This document shows, in pieces, positions 36,313 through 48,856 of a stretch of DNA of 64,000 bases (position 1 is the stretch's first letter; every line of letters begins with the position of its first letter). A program made the translations under genes and the position numbers. Under the pieces are notes generated by a model, which saw only the letters and a list, made by a program, of their open reading frames with translations, searched no databases and was not told where the DNA came from. Source of the stretch: Eutreptiella sp. 'Long Island Sound 2002' (Eukaryota; Protista; Euglenida); NCBI GenBank assembly GCA_964036045.1, contig OZ038378.1, forward strand, positions 188,170,001-188,234,000, in the 5' to 3' direction.

Positions 36313-36789
36313 TTCGCCATAGTATTTAAGACTTCGTGCCAAATTTTGCCCACACCAAATTTCGCCATTCCAAATTTCGCCTAATCCAAATCCCCCCCCC
36401 GGGTACATTGTCTAGAGACACACATGCACGCTCTCATGCCAAAATAAGAACAATCCAAACCTCCTTGTGGACACAACAACCCAGCCTGATCAGCAGATAC
36501 TTCCATTGTATCGTGTTCAATGTCCTCATTTCCACTAGTATGGGCGCCAGCGTGGTGAGGCGTGTTGTATAGGGATCATGCGTGACAGCCTTATCCTCAT
36601 CTCCGGCGCCCTGTTTTCTGAAAACACACGGGGCTGGGAACGCTGCACAGGGTCTTCCAAATGAGGACAAGCACCAAACAAGAAAACACAATGGGATTTT
36701 TTTTTCAACAAAATACCCGGAACACAGCGAGTTCACTCACACACACTTCAGGAACACCATACCGTTAAAGAGCCTGCAGTGAAACTATT

Positions 36790-37620
36790 GTGGCTCGCTG
36801 GGGGACAATGGGCAGTGGAACTCCTGTTGTACACTGCCACACTTCATCGAGCAGTGGGCAGTAGAGTTCTTGCTGCACACAGTCAGACTGCAGGGGCACG
36901 GGGGAGTGGAGCTCCTATGGTACACTGCCAAGCTGCAGCGTAGTGGAACTCCGCCACACCGCCACACCGCAGCGGGCAACGGAACCCCTGCGGTACACTG
37001 CCACACTACAGGGGGCACTGGGCAGTTGAACGCCTACTGAATGCTACAACACTGCAGGGGGCAGTGGGCACCGGAAGTTCAGTGTACCGGAGGTACAGGG
37101 CACCGGAGGTACAGTGCCGCACTGCACGGGGCAGTGGGTGGCACAACTCCCACGGTACACTGCTGCACTGCAAGGGCAGTGGGCGGTGGATCTCCTGCGG
37201 CACACAACTGCACTGCATGGGGCAGTGGGCAATGGGCCTCTTGCAGTACACTGCCACGCTGCATGGGGGCAGCGGGCAGTGGGTCTCCTTCATCTCTTGA
37301 TCAACACTGGCACACTACAAGGGGCAGTGGGTATTGGGTGTATTTTGAAGGTTACTCACTGCCCACTGCACCTTGCAATGCGGCATTGTGCCTGAGGAGG
37401 CCCCCGCTGCGCACTGCCCCCTGCAGTGTGGCGGTCTACCCAAAGCGGCCCACTGCCTACCGCCCCTTGTAGTGCGGCAGTGTACTGGAGGAGGCCCACT
37501 GCCCACTGCCCCCTGCCCCTGCAGTGCGGCGTTGTACTGAAGGAGGCCCACTGCCCACTGCCCCTGTGGTCTGGTGTTTTCAAGGATACCCACTGCCCAC
37601 TGCCCCCTGGGTCTCCTTCT
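36790..37620. repeat. Foldback minisatellite (~47-bp units in inverted arms)
   Basis: Units like gtacactgccacactgcagggggcagtgggcagtgg run to ~37330, then the reverse complement ccactgcccactgccccctgcagtgtggc follows; the pivot is gggcagtgggta...tactcactgccc. Confidence 0.8.
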
Positions 37621-37830
37621 ACGCAGGCCGCACTGTAAGGGCAGAGGGCAGTAGTATGTGCTCTTGTCTGCCTCTGTTTGTCTTGGTGGGTTGGGATGGT
37701 TGGCAGCGGTGCTCGGGTGGTGCCAAATCATTTTGTGCATTGGTGCAACATGTGCCTCTAAGTGCCTCATTGGCAGCCCCTGTTGGGCAGGTCTCGTGCC
37801 ATTACCCGGTATTACCTGGTATAGTGGTAA

Positions 37831-37899
37831 AGTGCAGTGCAGTGCAGTGCAGTGCAGTACAGTGCAGTGCAGTGCAGTGCAGTGCAGTGCAGTGCAGTG
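37831..37899. repeat. (AGTGC)~14 microsatellite
   Basis: Read directly; one variant unit. Confidence 0.97.
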
Positions 37900-40800
37900 T
37901 CCCTTTCGAATCATCTGTGAAGCCCCAGCAGCCACGGCAATCAGCTTGCGGACCAATAATGACTGGCGGTTGGTCATCAGCATTTGGCATTGGACCCATC
38001 GCCACCGCCGCTCAATCACTGGGATTGGCAGTGATAAAGCTGCGAATCAATCGACGCCAGTCAGCTGTCGACCTACGGTCTCTCACGACGGCAGGGTAAC
38101 AAGGAAGCTGCTTTTCATTTTTGGCAGTGGGACCTTCCATACCGTAGGGCAGCATGGATTCCTGTACCCCATTTGTCCCCGTGTCCTCAGATGCAGCTCT
38201 GCCCTCGCCGAAGATGCCTTTCCTGGAGTTGCTGTCCGCCTGCAAAACCCGATCCGGTGTGGCACCCGAGACCAGAGATTGGCCCTGCCCTCCCCTTGTG
38301 GCCCTAGCTCCACTGCGTTGGCGTTGTCCATATCCTCCGCCGGGTTGCCCTGACTTTTGCGTGGCCTCTGCTTGAGGCGTTTGCAAAGGTGCACTCGCTC
38401 GGGGCGGGTTGTCAGCCCCCCGCCCCCCTCCCCCCTACTCTGCAGCAAAAAGAAGGGGCTCCCGTCCGGTGAACAGCCGCTTTTTGGGGCGTTTCATTAT
38501 TATTGCGCGCCAACATTCTGTTGTTGCACACGCCCACGGGCTCACCTCCAGAAGCATCCCACAACAAACCTCTTTGCGTCTACAAAATGCGGAAACTCCC
38601 GCCTGCGGCCGCTGGTCACAAACTGAGACCACAATACGCGTCGCCAACCCCACGCTGCTGCACAACACTGGGTACCAGCCCCCGTGCGCCAACCGTGCGC
38701 ACACCAGCCCCGAGACTGTGGCATCATTTGGGCATCATTGGTCAAGTCTCTTCGGTTCAGTCTGGTTTGGTTTATTGTGACCACATCACCGGCTCATGAT
38801 ACTCCCATTCAGACCAGCTGCCCTCCTTGTGCTCATTCCGCAAAAGTTAACTGCAGTTGTTCTAAAAGTTTTTTGGGAGGGGCTAAACCCACCCGCCGGT
38901 GCAGGGCTGTGCAAGGGGCGAGTGAGTGCAGGGGTGCAGTGGGCATGTGGAGGCTGGGGTGGCGGGCATGGAAGTCACCAAAGTGCACAACGCCAAGTTT
39001 GCCAACTGCAGCGAATTGCGGCACCCACACCCAGTGCACCATTCCCTGAATACGGCTGGCAGCTCGGTCCAGCAGTTTTGTAGTACGAGTATTTCGTTGC
39101 TTTTCTGCCTGGAAATGGCAATTTGTAGGGGCCTGCCATACGGGCTACACTACAACTGATGGGCGAGTGCAGGGTGCATGGGTAAGGGGGCTGGCGAGGG
39201 ATCGGATCAATGTGTGCAGGGATGGCTCTGGAGAGGCATGTGCAGGGGTCGGATCAGGTCACCCGAGGCTTGTTTTTCAGCCTCCTGAACTAGAGTAGTG
39301 GTTGCACGGTGTCTGCAAACGCGGCTGTGATGTGCCGCACTACCAAGCTTCGAAGCCGTACCTCCCTCGTGCCGGAGCCCCACCCCCCGTTTGAGGAGCC
39401 CAGGACCGAGCCCCAGCCCGCGCAGTGCTCGCTCCAGCCCCAGTCCTAGCCCCACACCTATTACCGTGTCGCAACCTGACAGCTTCCAACACCTTTGCCC
39501 TGGCTTGCCCGAACCAACGACACCGTTCCGGGAACACACAGAGAATGAAAAAGTTGACACTTGAAGGGGCATCCTGCAAAGGACGCCGCTGCTGACCGGC
39601 TGTATCAGCCTGGCCAACAAATGTTACTCCAAAGCCTATGACTGACCCCTTCCAGAATTATCAGAAACTGTGACCCTTGTTTTTCTTGTGTGAGTGAACT
39701 CTGAGGCTCGCGGTACTTACTCAGCTTTCCCGTTGCCCTCGGATTGTATGTGCATTGCCGAGACGTCTGAAGTGAGTTGGAACGGGGACAGGGTGTATCC
39801 ACGTCCGGCTGACGGATGTGGGCAGCGGGTGGCGTTTTTGCTAGCTGGCAACAGCTCCGGCCGATGTGCATCACAAGACACGCTGGGGTGGCCCCCTGTG
39901 CCCATTGCACACAAAACGTCAACGTAAATTCACTGTGCCCCGTAAATGAAGAGGGAAAGACTGTCATGTGCATAGAAATGCACGTGGCAGTCCAGGGATG
40001 GCAGATAAAGCGGTTTCTGTCAGGAGTGGTCAGACAGCACTGTTTGTCGCACACACCAGAAATGTCCCCGTGTCCTCCTCCTAAAATATGTACGCACCGC
40101 ACAGTACCCTTCCAGGGCTTGGCTGGAATCTCCGGTGCCTCCTTGGCAGGGGGTGTAAGCAGCTGCAGCCATTTGGTCAGGTCCATGGAGTGGCGTTGAA
40201 TCGTTGTTGAGTAGAGGCCTCATTTGAGTCCATCACTCTGACTCTCGATTTTTCTTTCTTGCTGTCGTGCTTCTTCCTGTGCTGCTGCTGGTCCATTGAA
40301 TGCTGTTAAGCCCATGCTCATCTGTGCGATTCTTTCGTTTTGTAGCCTCAAAAGGTGAGATTCGTCCACCTGGAAGTGGATTGCAGAGGCTCAAAGGTTT
40401 GTCTTGCATGCTGCTGGGTACACACATTATGCGCTCTTACCTGTCCGTCCGTCCATGCGTACTTGTGCTGTCTGTCTGTCTGCTCGCCTGCCTGCCACCC
40501 TGCCGTCAGTCAGGCAGTCCATCTGTCTAAACGTAAATGCGAATGTGAAGGTAAAATGATGTGTGTGTCTGTGTGTGTATTTCAAAAATTAATAAGTGTT
40601 TTGCTCATTGCGGCATTCTTGCCGCAATGCTGATTCGCACGACTGCATCCACAGACAAAGCATCTTTTCCCGAAAATTTTCGGATTTTTTGGTAGTTTTT
40701 GCTCGCGCAGAAATTTGGAAAAAACTGTCGTAAAATTTGCATTCGCAAAAATTAGGATTCCGCAGAACATTTGATATATGTGTACGTGTGTGACCCACGT

Positions 40801-41069
40801 CTGTGCGTATGCTTTGTAGACGTGTATGTGGGCATGCAGTTGTATGTGTTGATGCATGCTTTTGTGCATGTGTGTGTGCTTGTGGGTTTGCATGTGCACG
40901 TATGGGTACCCAAGTGCAGTTTTCCACTGTATTCCAATAAATCTTTCAGCCGGCACTGCCACAATGAGCACCTTCCTTGGTTCCCTTGATTGGCACCTCA
41001 ACATCCAGCCCCTGACATTGCATTAACCCTGCCTCCCGTTGGAAGGAATGACTCCTCAGGCACAATTGC

Positions 41070-43480
41070 GTAAATACTGCCCAAAACATGCTTCACATAG
41101 CTGGAATGGTCATTGTGAGTGGTCAGGGTATCAGAAAAATAAGTTTCGAAAACTTCGATGCATAAGCAGGTTGTGTCCTTCTCCGGTGGGAGAAACCCCT
41201 CGCACCCAACACCCAAATAAGGTGATAAACACAGAAATGCCGCCCAAATAATGCTTCATAGTCTGAATGAAAGACTGCATGAGCAGGTTGTGTACCAATC
41301 TCTTGGGAGACGCCCTGTGCACCCCAAACCCGAATAGGGTAAAAAACACATAAATACCGCCTAAAACATGCTTCACGTAGCTGGAATGGACATTGTGAGT
41401 GGTCACGCGTGAAGAACACAGAAATACCGCCTAAACCACACATGACCGGATTGGTCATTGTGAGTGGTCACAATATCAAAAAACAAGTTTTGGAAACTTT
41501 GATTTTTGAGGTGCCCAGGGTGAAAAACTGCATAAGCAGGTTGTGTACCAATCCCTGTGGAGACCCCCCCCCCCTCCCACACCCAATACCCAAATAGGTT
41601 GAGAAACACATAAATATGGCGTAAAGCATTCTTTCCATAGCTTAGGTGGTCATTGTGAGTGGTCACGAAATCAAAAAACACGTCTCGGCAATTTTGATTT
41701 TTGAGCTGCCCCGCCTGAAAAGCTGCCTAAGGTTGTGTACCAATCCCTTTGGAGACATCCCCCGCACCCACAACCCAAATAGGGTGAAAAACACATAAAC
41801 ACCGCCTAAAACATGCTTCACACAGCTGGAATGGTCATTGTAAGCGCTCACGGTGTCAAAAAAATCAGTTTTGGAAACTTTGATCTTTGAGCTTCCCAGG
41901 GTGAAAGATTGCATCAGCAGTTTGTGTACCAATCCCTTCGGAGACACCCCCCCCCCCCCCGCACCCAATACCCAAATAGGGTAAAAAACACATAAACATG
42001 GCGTAAAACATGCTTCACATAGCTTGGATGGGCATTGTGAGTGGTCACGATATCAAAAAAACAAGTTTTGGAAACTTCGATTTTTGAGGTGCGTGGGGTG
42101 AAAAGCTGCATACGCACGTTGTGTACCAATCCCTTGGGAGACACCCGCTCCCCAGCACCCAATACCCAAATAGGGTAAAAAACACATAAACATGGCGTAA
42201 AGCATTCTTTCCATAGCTTTCCATAGCTTAGGTGGCCATTGTGAGTGGTCACGAAATCAAAAAACACGTCTCGGCAATTTTGATTTTTGAGCTGCCCCGC
42301 CTGAAAAGCTGCCTAAGGTTGTGTACCAATCCCTTTGGAGACATCCCCAGCACCCACAACCCAAATAGGGTGAAAAACACATAAACACCGCCTAAAACAT
42401 GCTTCACACAGCTGGAATGGTCATTGTAAGCGCTCACGGTGTCAAAAAAATCAGTTTTGGAAACTTTGATCTTTGAGCTTCCCAGGGTGAAAGATTGCAT
42501 CAGCAGTTTGTGTACCAATCCCTTCGGAGACACCCCCCCCCCCCCCCCGCACCCAATACCCAAATAGGGTAAAAAACACATAAACATGGCGTAAAACATG
42601 CTTCACATAGCTTGGATGGGCATTGTGAGTGGTCACGATATCAAAAAAACAAGTTTTGGAAACTTCGATTTTTGAGGTGCGTGGGGTGAAAAGCTGCATA
42701 CGCACGTTGTGTACCAATCCCTTGGGAGACACCCGCTCCCCAGCACCCAATACCCAAATAGGGTAAAAAACACATAAACATGGCGTAAAACATGCTTCAC
42801 ATAGCTTGGATGGGCATTGTGAGTGGTCACGATATCAAAAAAACAAGTTTTGGAAACTTCGATTTTTGAGGTGCGTGGGGTGAAAAGCTGCATACGCACG
42901 TTGTGTACCAATCCCTTGGGAGACACCCGCTCCCCAGCACCCAATACCCAAATAGGGTAAAAGACACATAAATGTGGCGTAAAGCATTCTTTCCATAGCT
43001 TGGGTGGTCATTGTGAGTGGTCACGAAATAAAAAAAAAGCAAGTTTCGGAAACTCCGATTTTTCAGGTGCCCAGGGTGAAAAATTGCATAAGGAGGGTGC
43101 CAATCCCTTGGGAGACCCCCCGCCCCCCCACACACATTACCCGTGAAGAACACATAAATACCGCCTAAAACATGCTTTGCATAGCTCGGATGGTCATTCT
43201 GAGTTGTTACGATATCAAAAAAATAAGTTTCGGAAACTTGGATTTTTGAGCAAGGCCAAGGGTGAAAAACTGCATAAGCAGGTTGTGTACGAATCGCTTG
43301 AAAGATGCCCCTCAACACACCCAATACCCAAGGAGGGTAAAAAGCGCATAAATACAGGCTAAAACAATGTTACATAGCTTGAATGGACACTGTGACGGGT
43401 CATGGTATCAAAAAAATAAGTTTTGGAAACTTCTATTTTTGAGCTGCCCAAGGCAAAAAAACTACATAAGCACACATGTA
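41070..43480. repeat. ~194-bp tandem satellite with a ~585-bp higher-order (ABC) repeat
   Basis: The motif cccaaatagg recurs at 41589, 41774, 41971, 42165, 42360, 42559, 42753 and 42947 (spacing 185-199). Monomer variants occur in the order A,B,C,A,B,C,C,A. Confidence 0.92.
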
Positions 43481-44081
43481 AGCCATTATTAGTCGTGATT
43501 AGTCGCGAAATCGTGATTTCGCGTCTTTCACACGGCCCTTGACCGACCATAGACAAGGCTAGAGACAGCAAAAAATGTCCTTTTGTATCCTAGGAGGCAT
43601 ATGCTCACAACATCCTCACTTGCACCCCTTGGAGTGGGTACCACGAGGTCACTAAGGTCGCCAAAAACGCCGACATGGCAAAGACGATTAAAAACTGCAT
43701 AAAATCGCACAAGCGCTCGTCCCACTCCGCTCCACACAAACCCTATGGAGGTGGGACCCGAAAAAATTTTTCGGCTCACAATAAAAAAACCAAAGATTCA
43801 TGATTTTTGACCCAAACAAAGGGGGGGTTGCCTTTTCGATATTTTTGAGCCCCCCCCCCCCAAAAAGGGTTTCAAGGTGGGGGGGGGGGGCTTGGCAGGT
43901 CCGGACCAAAAACTCATTGGGGGATGTGTTTATTGGACAAAATAATGATTTTAGCAGGGGTTAAACAAACAATTCAACCCCTTGAGGTAGGGTACACAAA
44001 TAGGCCTAGAAAGGGGGTTATGTGGTGTTTTCCCTCATGTGCAGGCTTGCCTGGCTTTGATCTAACAACCTCTGCAAGGTG
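41070..44081 (-). mobile_element. Helitron2-like element copy 1 with expanded internal repeat array; 3' end not found
   Basis: Ends in ...gatctaacaacctctgcaaggtg (44081). A ~600-bp terminal module (43480-44081) is homologous to copies 2-5 but more diverged. It is preceded by roughly 12-13 copies of the ~194-bp repeat. Confidence 0.7.
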
Positions 44082-44460
44082 ATTTTTGGCCTCTTTGGAC
44101 AAGGGCAGAAAAATCTTTGGCTTTCAGCAAGCCCACACCACAAAGAATTGCTCCTAACTGTGCACCGCAAAATGGCCCTAGAATTTTGCCTATCCATCTT
44201 TACGATGGGCTGACATAGCGCTAAAACAGCCCTTTCACATGCCCATGGACCCCGCTAGGTGGGCCTAATTGGCACTACACGGCTCCCCATGGGTTTTGTG
44301 TGCACCCATGATGACCCACATGATGACCCACGCTTGGCCCATGTCCACCCAGTAGTCATCAAAGCTCACCCGAAAATCGCAATTTTTCAGCCAACCCATG
44401 CTGGAGAAATTGTTTTCACCAAATGCGCTTCTACCCAAAATGTTCAGATTTGAATGTAAA

Positions 44461-47146
44461 ATTCTATTGCCTTCGGCAAAGTCCACCTCGCAGAGAATCT
44501 ACTCCAAGCAACACACACACAAAATAGGGAAAAACCGACATGAATACGGCCTAAAACATGCTTTACATAGCTTGGATGGTCATTTTAGGTGATCACGGTA
44601 TCAGAAAAATAAGTTTCGGAAATTCTATTGCCTTCGGCAAGTCCACCTCGCAGAGAATCTACCCCAAGCCACACACACGCTAAATAGGGTAAAAACTACA
44701 TATATACGGCCTAAAAAATGCTTTACATACCTTGGATGGTCATTTTAAGTGGTGACATTATCAAAAAAACAAGTTTCGAAAACTTCGATTTTTGAGCTGC
44801 CCAGGTTGAAAAGCTGCATAAGCAGGTTGTGTACCAACCCCTTGGGAGACCACCACCCCCCCCCCCCCCCCGGACCTAATACCCAAATAGGATGAAAAAC
44901 ACGCAAATACGGCCTAAAACATGCTTTACATACCTTGGATGGTCATTTTAGGTGATCACAATATCATAAAAACCAGTTTTGAAAACTTTGATTTTTGAGC
45001 TGCCCGGGGTGAAAAACTGCATAAGCAGGTTGTGTACCAATCCATTGGGAGACCCCCCCCCCCCGACCTAATACCCAAATAGGATGAAAAACACGTAAAT
45101 ACGGCCTAAAACATGCTTTACATACCTTGGATGGTCATTTTGGGTGGTCACAACATCTAAAAAACAAGTTTCAAAAACTTCGATTTTTGAGCTGCCTAGG
45201 GTGAAAAACTGCACAAGCAGGTTGTGTACCGGCCCATTCACTAGGCCATTATTGGTGGAAACAGCCATTTCGCGTCTTTGGCACGGGTTGTGAACGGCCC
45301 TAGGCAAGGCTAGAGACTGCAAAAAACGTCCTTTCGTATCCTAGTAGGCATATACGGTCACAATATCCCCACTCACACCCCTCGGAGGGGGTACCACGGG
45401 GTCACCGAGGTCGCCAAAACCCCCAACATAGCAAAAATGGGTGAAACGTGCATAAACTGCACAAGCGCTCGTCCCACTCCGCCCCATACAAACCCCATGG
45501 AGTCGGGACCCGGAAACACTTTTTCGGCTCCAAATCGAAAAAAACCAAAAGATTCATGATTTTCAACTCAAAAAAAGGGGGGGTCAATTTTTTGAACCCC
45601 CCTCCGGCCCCCCCCACCTCCCTCAAAACCTCAAAAAAGTGGGTTTCAAGTGGGGGGGGGGTCCGGGGGGGTCCGGACCAAAAACTCATTGGGGGATGCG
45701 TTTATTGGACAAGATGATGATTTTACAAGGGGTTAAACCAACAATTCAACCCCTTGGGGTAGGGTACGCGAATAGGCCCAAAAAGGCCAAAATGGGGGGG
45801 TATGTGGCGTTTTCCCCTACATACGCCTGCCTGGCTTTGATCTAACAACCTCTGCGAGGTGACTTCGATTTTTGAGCTGCCCAGGGTGAAAAACTGCACA
45901 AGCAGGTTATGTACCCATCCCTTGGGAGACACCCCCCCCCCCCCCCGGAGCCAATACCCAAATAGGGTGAAAAACATGTAAATACGGCCTAAAACATGCT
46001 TTCCATAGCTTGGATGGTCATTTTAAGTGATCACGGTATCAAAAAAACAAGTTTCAAAAACTTTTATTTTTGAGCTGCCCAGGGTGAAAAACTGCATAAG
46101 CAGGTTGTGTACCCATCCCTTGGGAGACACCCCCCCCCCTGTGCGCCCCATACCCAAGTAGAGTGAAAAACACGTAAAATACGGCCTAAAACGTGCTTTA
46201 CATACCTTGGATGGTCATTTTAGGTGATCATGGTATCAAAAAAATAAGTTGCGAAAACTTTGATTTTTGAGCTGCCCAGGGTGAAAAACAGCATAAGCAG
46301 GTTGTGTACCATTCCCGTGGGAGGACCCCCCCCTCCGCGGACCTAATACCCAAATTGGGTGAAAAACACGTAAATACGGCCTAAATCATGCTTTACATAC
46401 ATTGGATGGTCATTTTAGGTGATCACAATATCATAAAAACAAGTGTCGAAAACTTCGATTTTTGAGCCACCCAGGGTGAAAAATAGCATCAGCAGGTTGT
46501 GTACCGGCCCATTCAATAGGCCATTATTGGTGGAGACAGTCATTTCGCGTCTTTGGCACGAGTTGTGACCGGCTCTCAGCAAGGCCAGAGACTGCAAAAA
46601 AATGTCCTTCCGTATCCTAGCAGGCATATACGGTCACAACATCCCAACTCACACCCCTCAGAGTGGGTAGCACGGGGTCACCGAGGTCGCCAAAACTGCC
46701 AACATAGCAAAAATGGCTGAAAAGTGCATAAACTGCACAATCGCTCGTCCCACTCCGCCCCATACAAACCCCATGGAGTCGGGACCCGGAAACACTTTTT
46801 CGGCTCCAAATCGAAAAAAACCAAAACATTCATGATTTTCGACCCAAAAAAAAGGGGGGGGTCAATTTTATGAACCTCCCCCCCCACCCCCCCCCCCCAC
46901 CCCCCCCACCTCCCTGAAAACCTCAAAAAAGTGGGTTTCAGGTGGGGGGGGTCGGGGGGGGGGTCGGGACCAAAAACTCATTGGGGGATGCGTTTATTGG
47001 ACAAGATGATGATTTTACAAGGGGTTAAACCAACAATTCAACCCCTTGGGGTAGGGTATGCGAATAGGCCCAAAGAGGCCCAAAAGGGGGGGTATCTTCC
47101 CCTACATACGCCCGGCTGGCTTCGATCTAACAACCTCTGCGAGGTC
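44461..47146 (-). mobile_element. Helitron2-like element copy 2 (split by copy 3)
   Basis: On the plus strand it begins ATTCTATTGCCTTCGGCAAAGTCCACCTCGCAGAG (44461) and ends CAACCTCTGCGAGGTC (47146). It has about 4 internal ~192-bp repeats, and its first repeat is interrupted at 44621/45862. Confidence 0.85.
44622..45861 (-). mobile_element. Helitron2-like element copy 3 (1240 bp), nested in copy 2
   Basis: Both termini are complete and there are about 3 internal repeats. The flanks aagtttcggaa|acttcgatttttgag rejoin to the intact repeat consensus, so there is no TSD (at most 1 nt). Confidence 0.9.
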
Positions 47147-47419
47147 ATTCAAATAGAAGTCATGGGCCTGCAATCACCTACCCATTATATTTCTCCCTTG
47201 AACTGAGTTTTTTAGGGGAACGAATTTCTCGCAGAATGAATGGGTTTCCCTTTTATGGGGGGGGGGGGGGGGGCTAAAGGCTCAGTGAGTATGCCACTTT
47301 TGGGGATGGGGGTGGGGGTGGGTGGGGGGAAGGTCTAGACCCATCTGCCGTAATCGTTCCAAACACCAGCCGTTGCAGATTGGACAAAATAACGCTTTTG
47401 CAAGAGGTTGGAGCCCCTA

Positions 47420-48856
47420 ATTCTATTGCCTTTGGCAAATCCACGTCGCAGATAATCTACCCCGAGCAACACACACCCAAAATAGGGTAAAAACTACATA
47501 AATACGGGCTAAAACATGCTTTACATAGCTTGGATGGTCATTTTAGGTGATCACGGTATAAAAAAACAAGTTTCGGAAACTTTTATTTTTGAGCTGCCCA
47601 GGGTGAAAAACTGCATAAGCAGGTTGTGTACCAATCCATTGGGAGACCCCCCCCCCCCCCCGCCGCACCGAATACCCAAATAGAGTGAAAAACACATAAA
47701 TACGGCGTGAAACATGCTTTACATACCTTGGATGGTCATGGTGATCACAATATCAAAAAAACAAGTTTTGGAAACTTTGATTTTTGAGCTGCCCAGGGTG
47801 AAAAACTGCACAAGCAGGTTATGTACCCATCCCTTGGGAGACCCCCCCCCCCCCCGGACCTAATACCCAAATGAGGTGAAAAACACGTAAATACGGCCTA
47901 AAACATGCTTTACATACCTTGGATGGTCATTTTAGGTGATCATGGTAGCAAAAAAATAGTTTCGAAAACTTCGATTTTTGAGCTGCCTGAGGTGAAAAAC
48001 CGCATAAGCAGGTTGTGTACCATTCCCTTGGGAGACCCCCCCCCCCTCGGGACCTAATACCCAAATTGGGTGAAAATCATGTAAATACGGCCTAAAACAT
48101 GCTTTACATACATTGGATGGTCATATCGTGTGGCCACAAGGTCATAAAAACAAGTTTCAAAAACTTCGATTTTTGAGCTGCGTAGGGTGAAAAACTGCAT
48201 CAGCAAGTTGTGTACCGGCCCATTCACTAGGCCATTATTGGTGGAGATAGTCATTTCGCGTCTTTGGCACGGGTTGTGACCGGCTCTCAGCAAGGCTAGA
48301 GACTGCAAAAAGACGTCCTTCCGTATCCTAGTAGCTAGTAGGCATATACGGTCACAACATCCCAACTCACACCCCTCGGAGGGGGTACCACGGGGTCACC
48401 GAGGTCGCCAAAACGCCAACATAGCAAAAATGGCTTGAAAGTGCATAAACTGCACAAGCGCTCGTCCCACTCCGCCCCATACAAACTCCATGGAGTCGGG
48501 ACCCGGAAACACTTTTTCGGCTCAAAATCGAAAAAAAAACCAAAAGATTCATGATTTTCAACTCAAAAAAAGGGGGGGTATTTTTTTTCGACATTTTTGA
48601 CCCCTCCCCCCTCCCTCAAAACCTCAAAAAAGTGGGTTTCACGTGGGGGGGGGGTCTGGGGGGGTCGGGACCAAAAACTCATTGGGGGATGCGTTTATTG
48701 GACAAGATGATGATTTTACAAGGGGTTAAACCAACAATTCAACCCCTTGGGGTAGGGTACGCGAATAGGCCCAAAAAGGCCCAAAAGGGGGGGGGTATAT
48801 GGCATTTTCCCTTATATATGCCTGGCTGGCTTTGATCTAACAACCTCTGCGAGGTG
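47420..48856 (-). mobile_element. Helitron2-like element copy 4 (1437 bp)
   Basis: Runs attctattgcctttggca...caacctctgcgaggtg with about 4 internal repeats, directly abutting copy 5. Confidence 0.88.

Larger units (their letters stand above)
35295..36403. mobile_element. MITE with long imperfect TIRs and TA flanks (Tc1/mariner-like), host of the 35760-36312 element
   Basis: Left end TA|CCGGGG(n)TAGGCGAAATTTATAATGGCGAAATTTGG; the right end is inverted, CCAAATTTCGCCATTCCAAATTTCGCCTA...CCCGGG|TA. Related fragments lie at 28910-28985 and 29575-29670. Confidence 0.6.
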
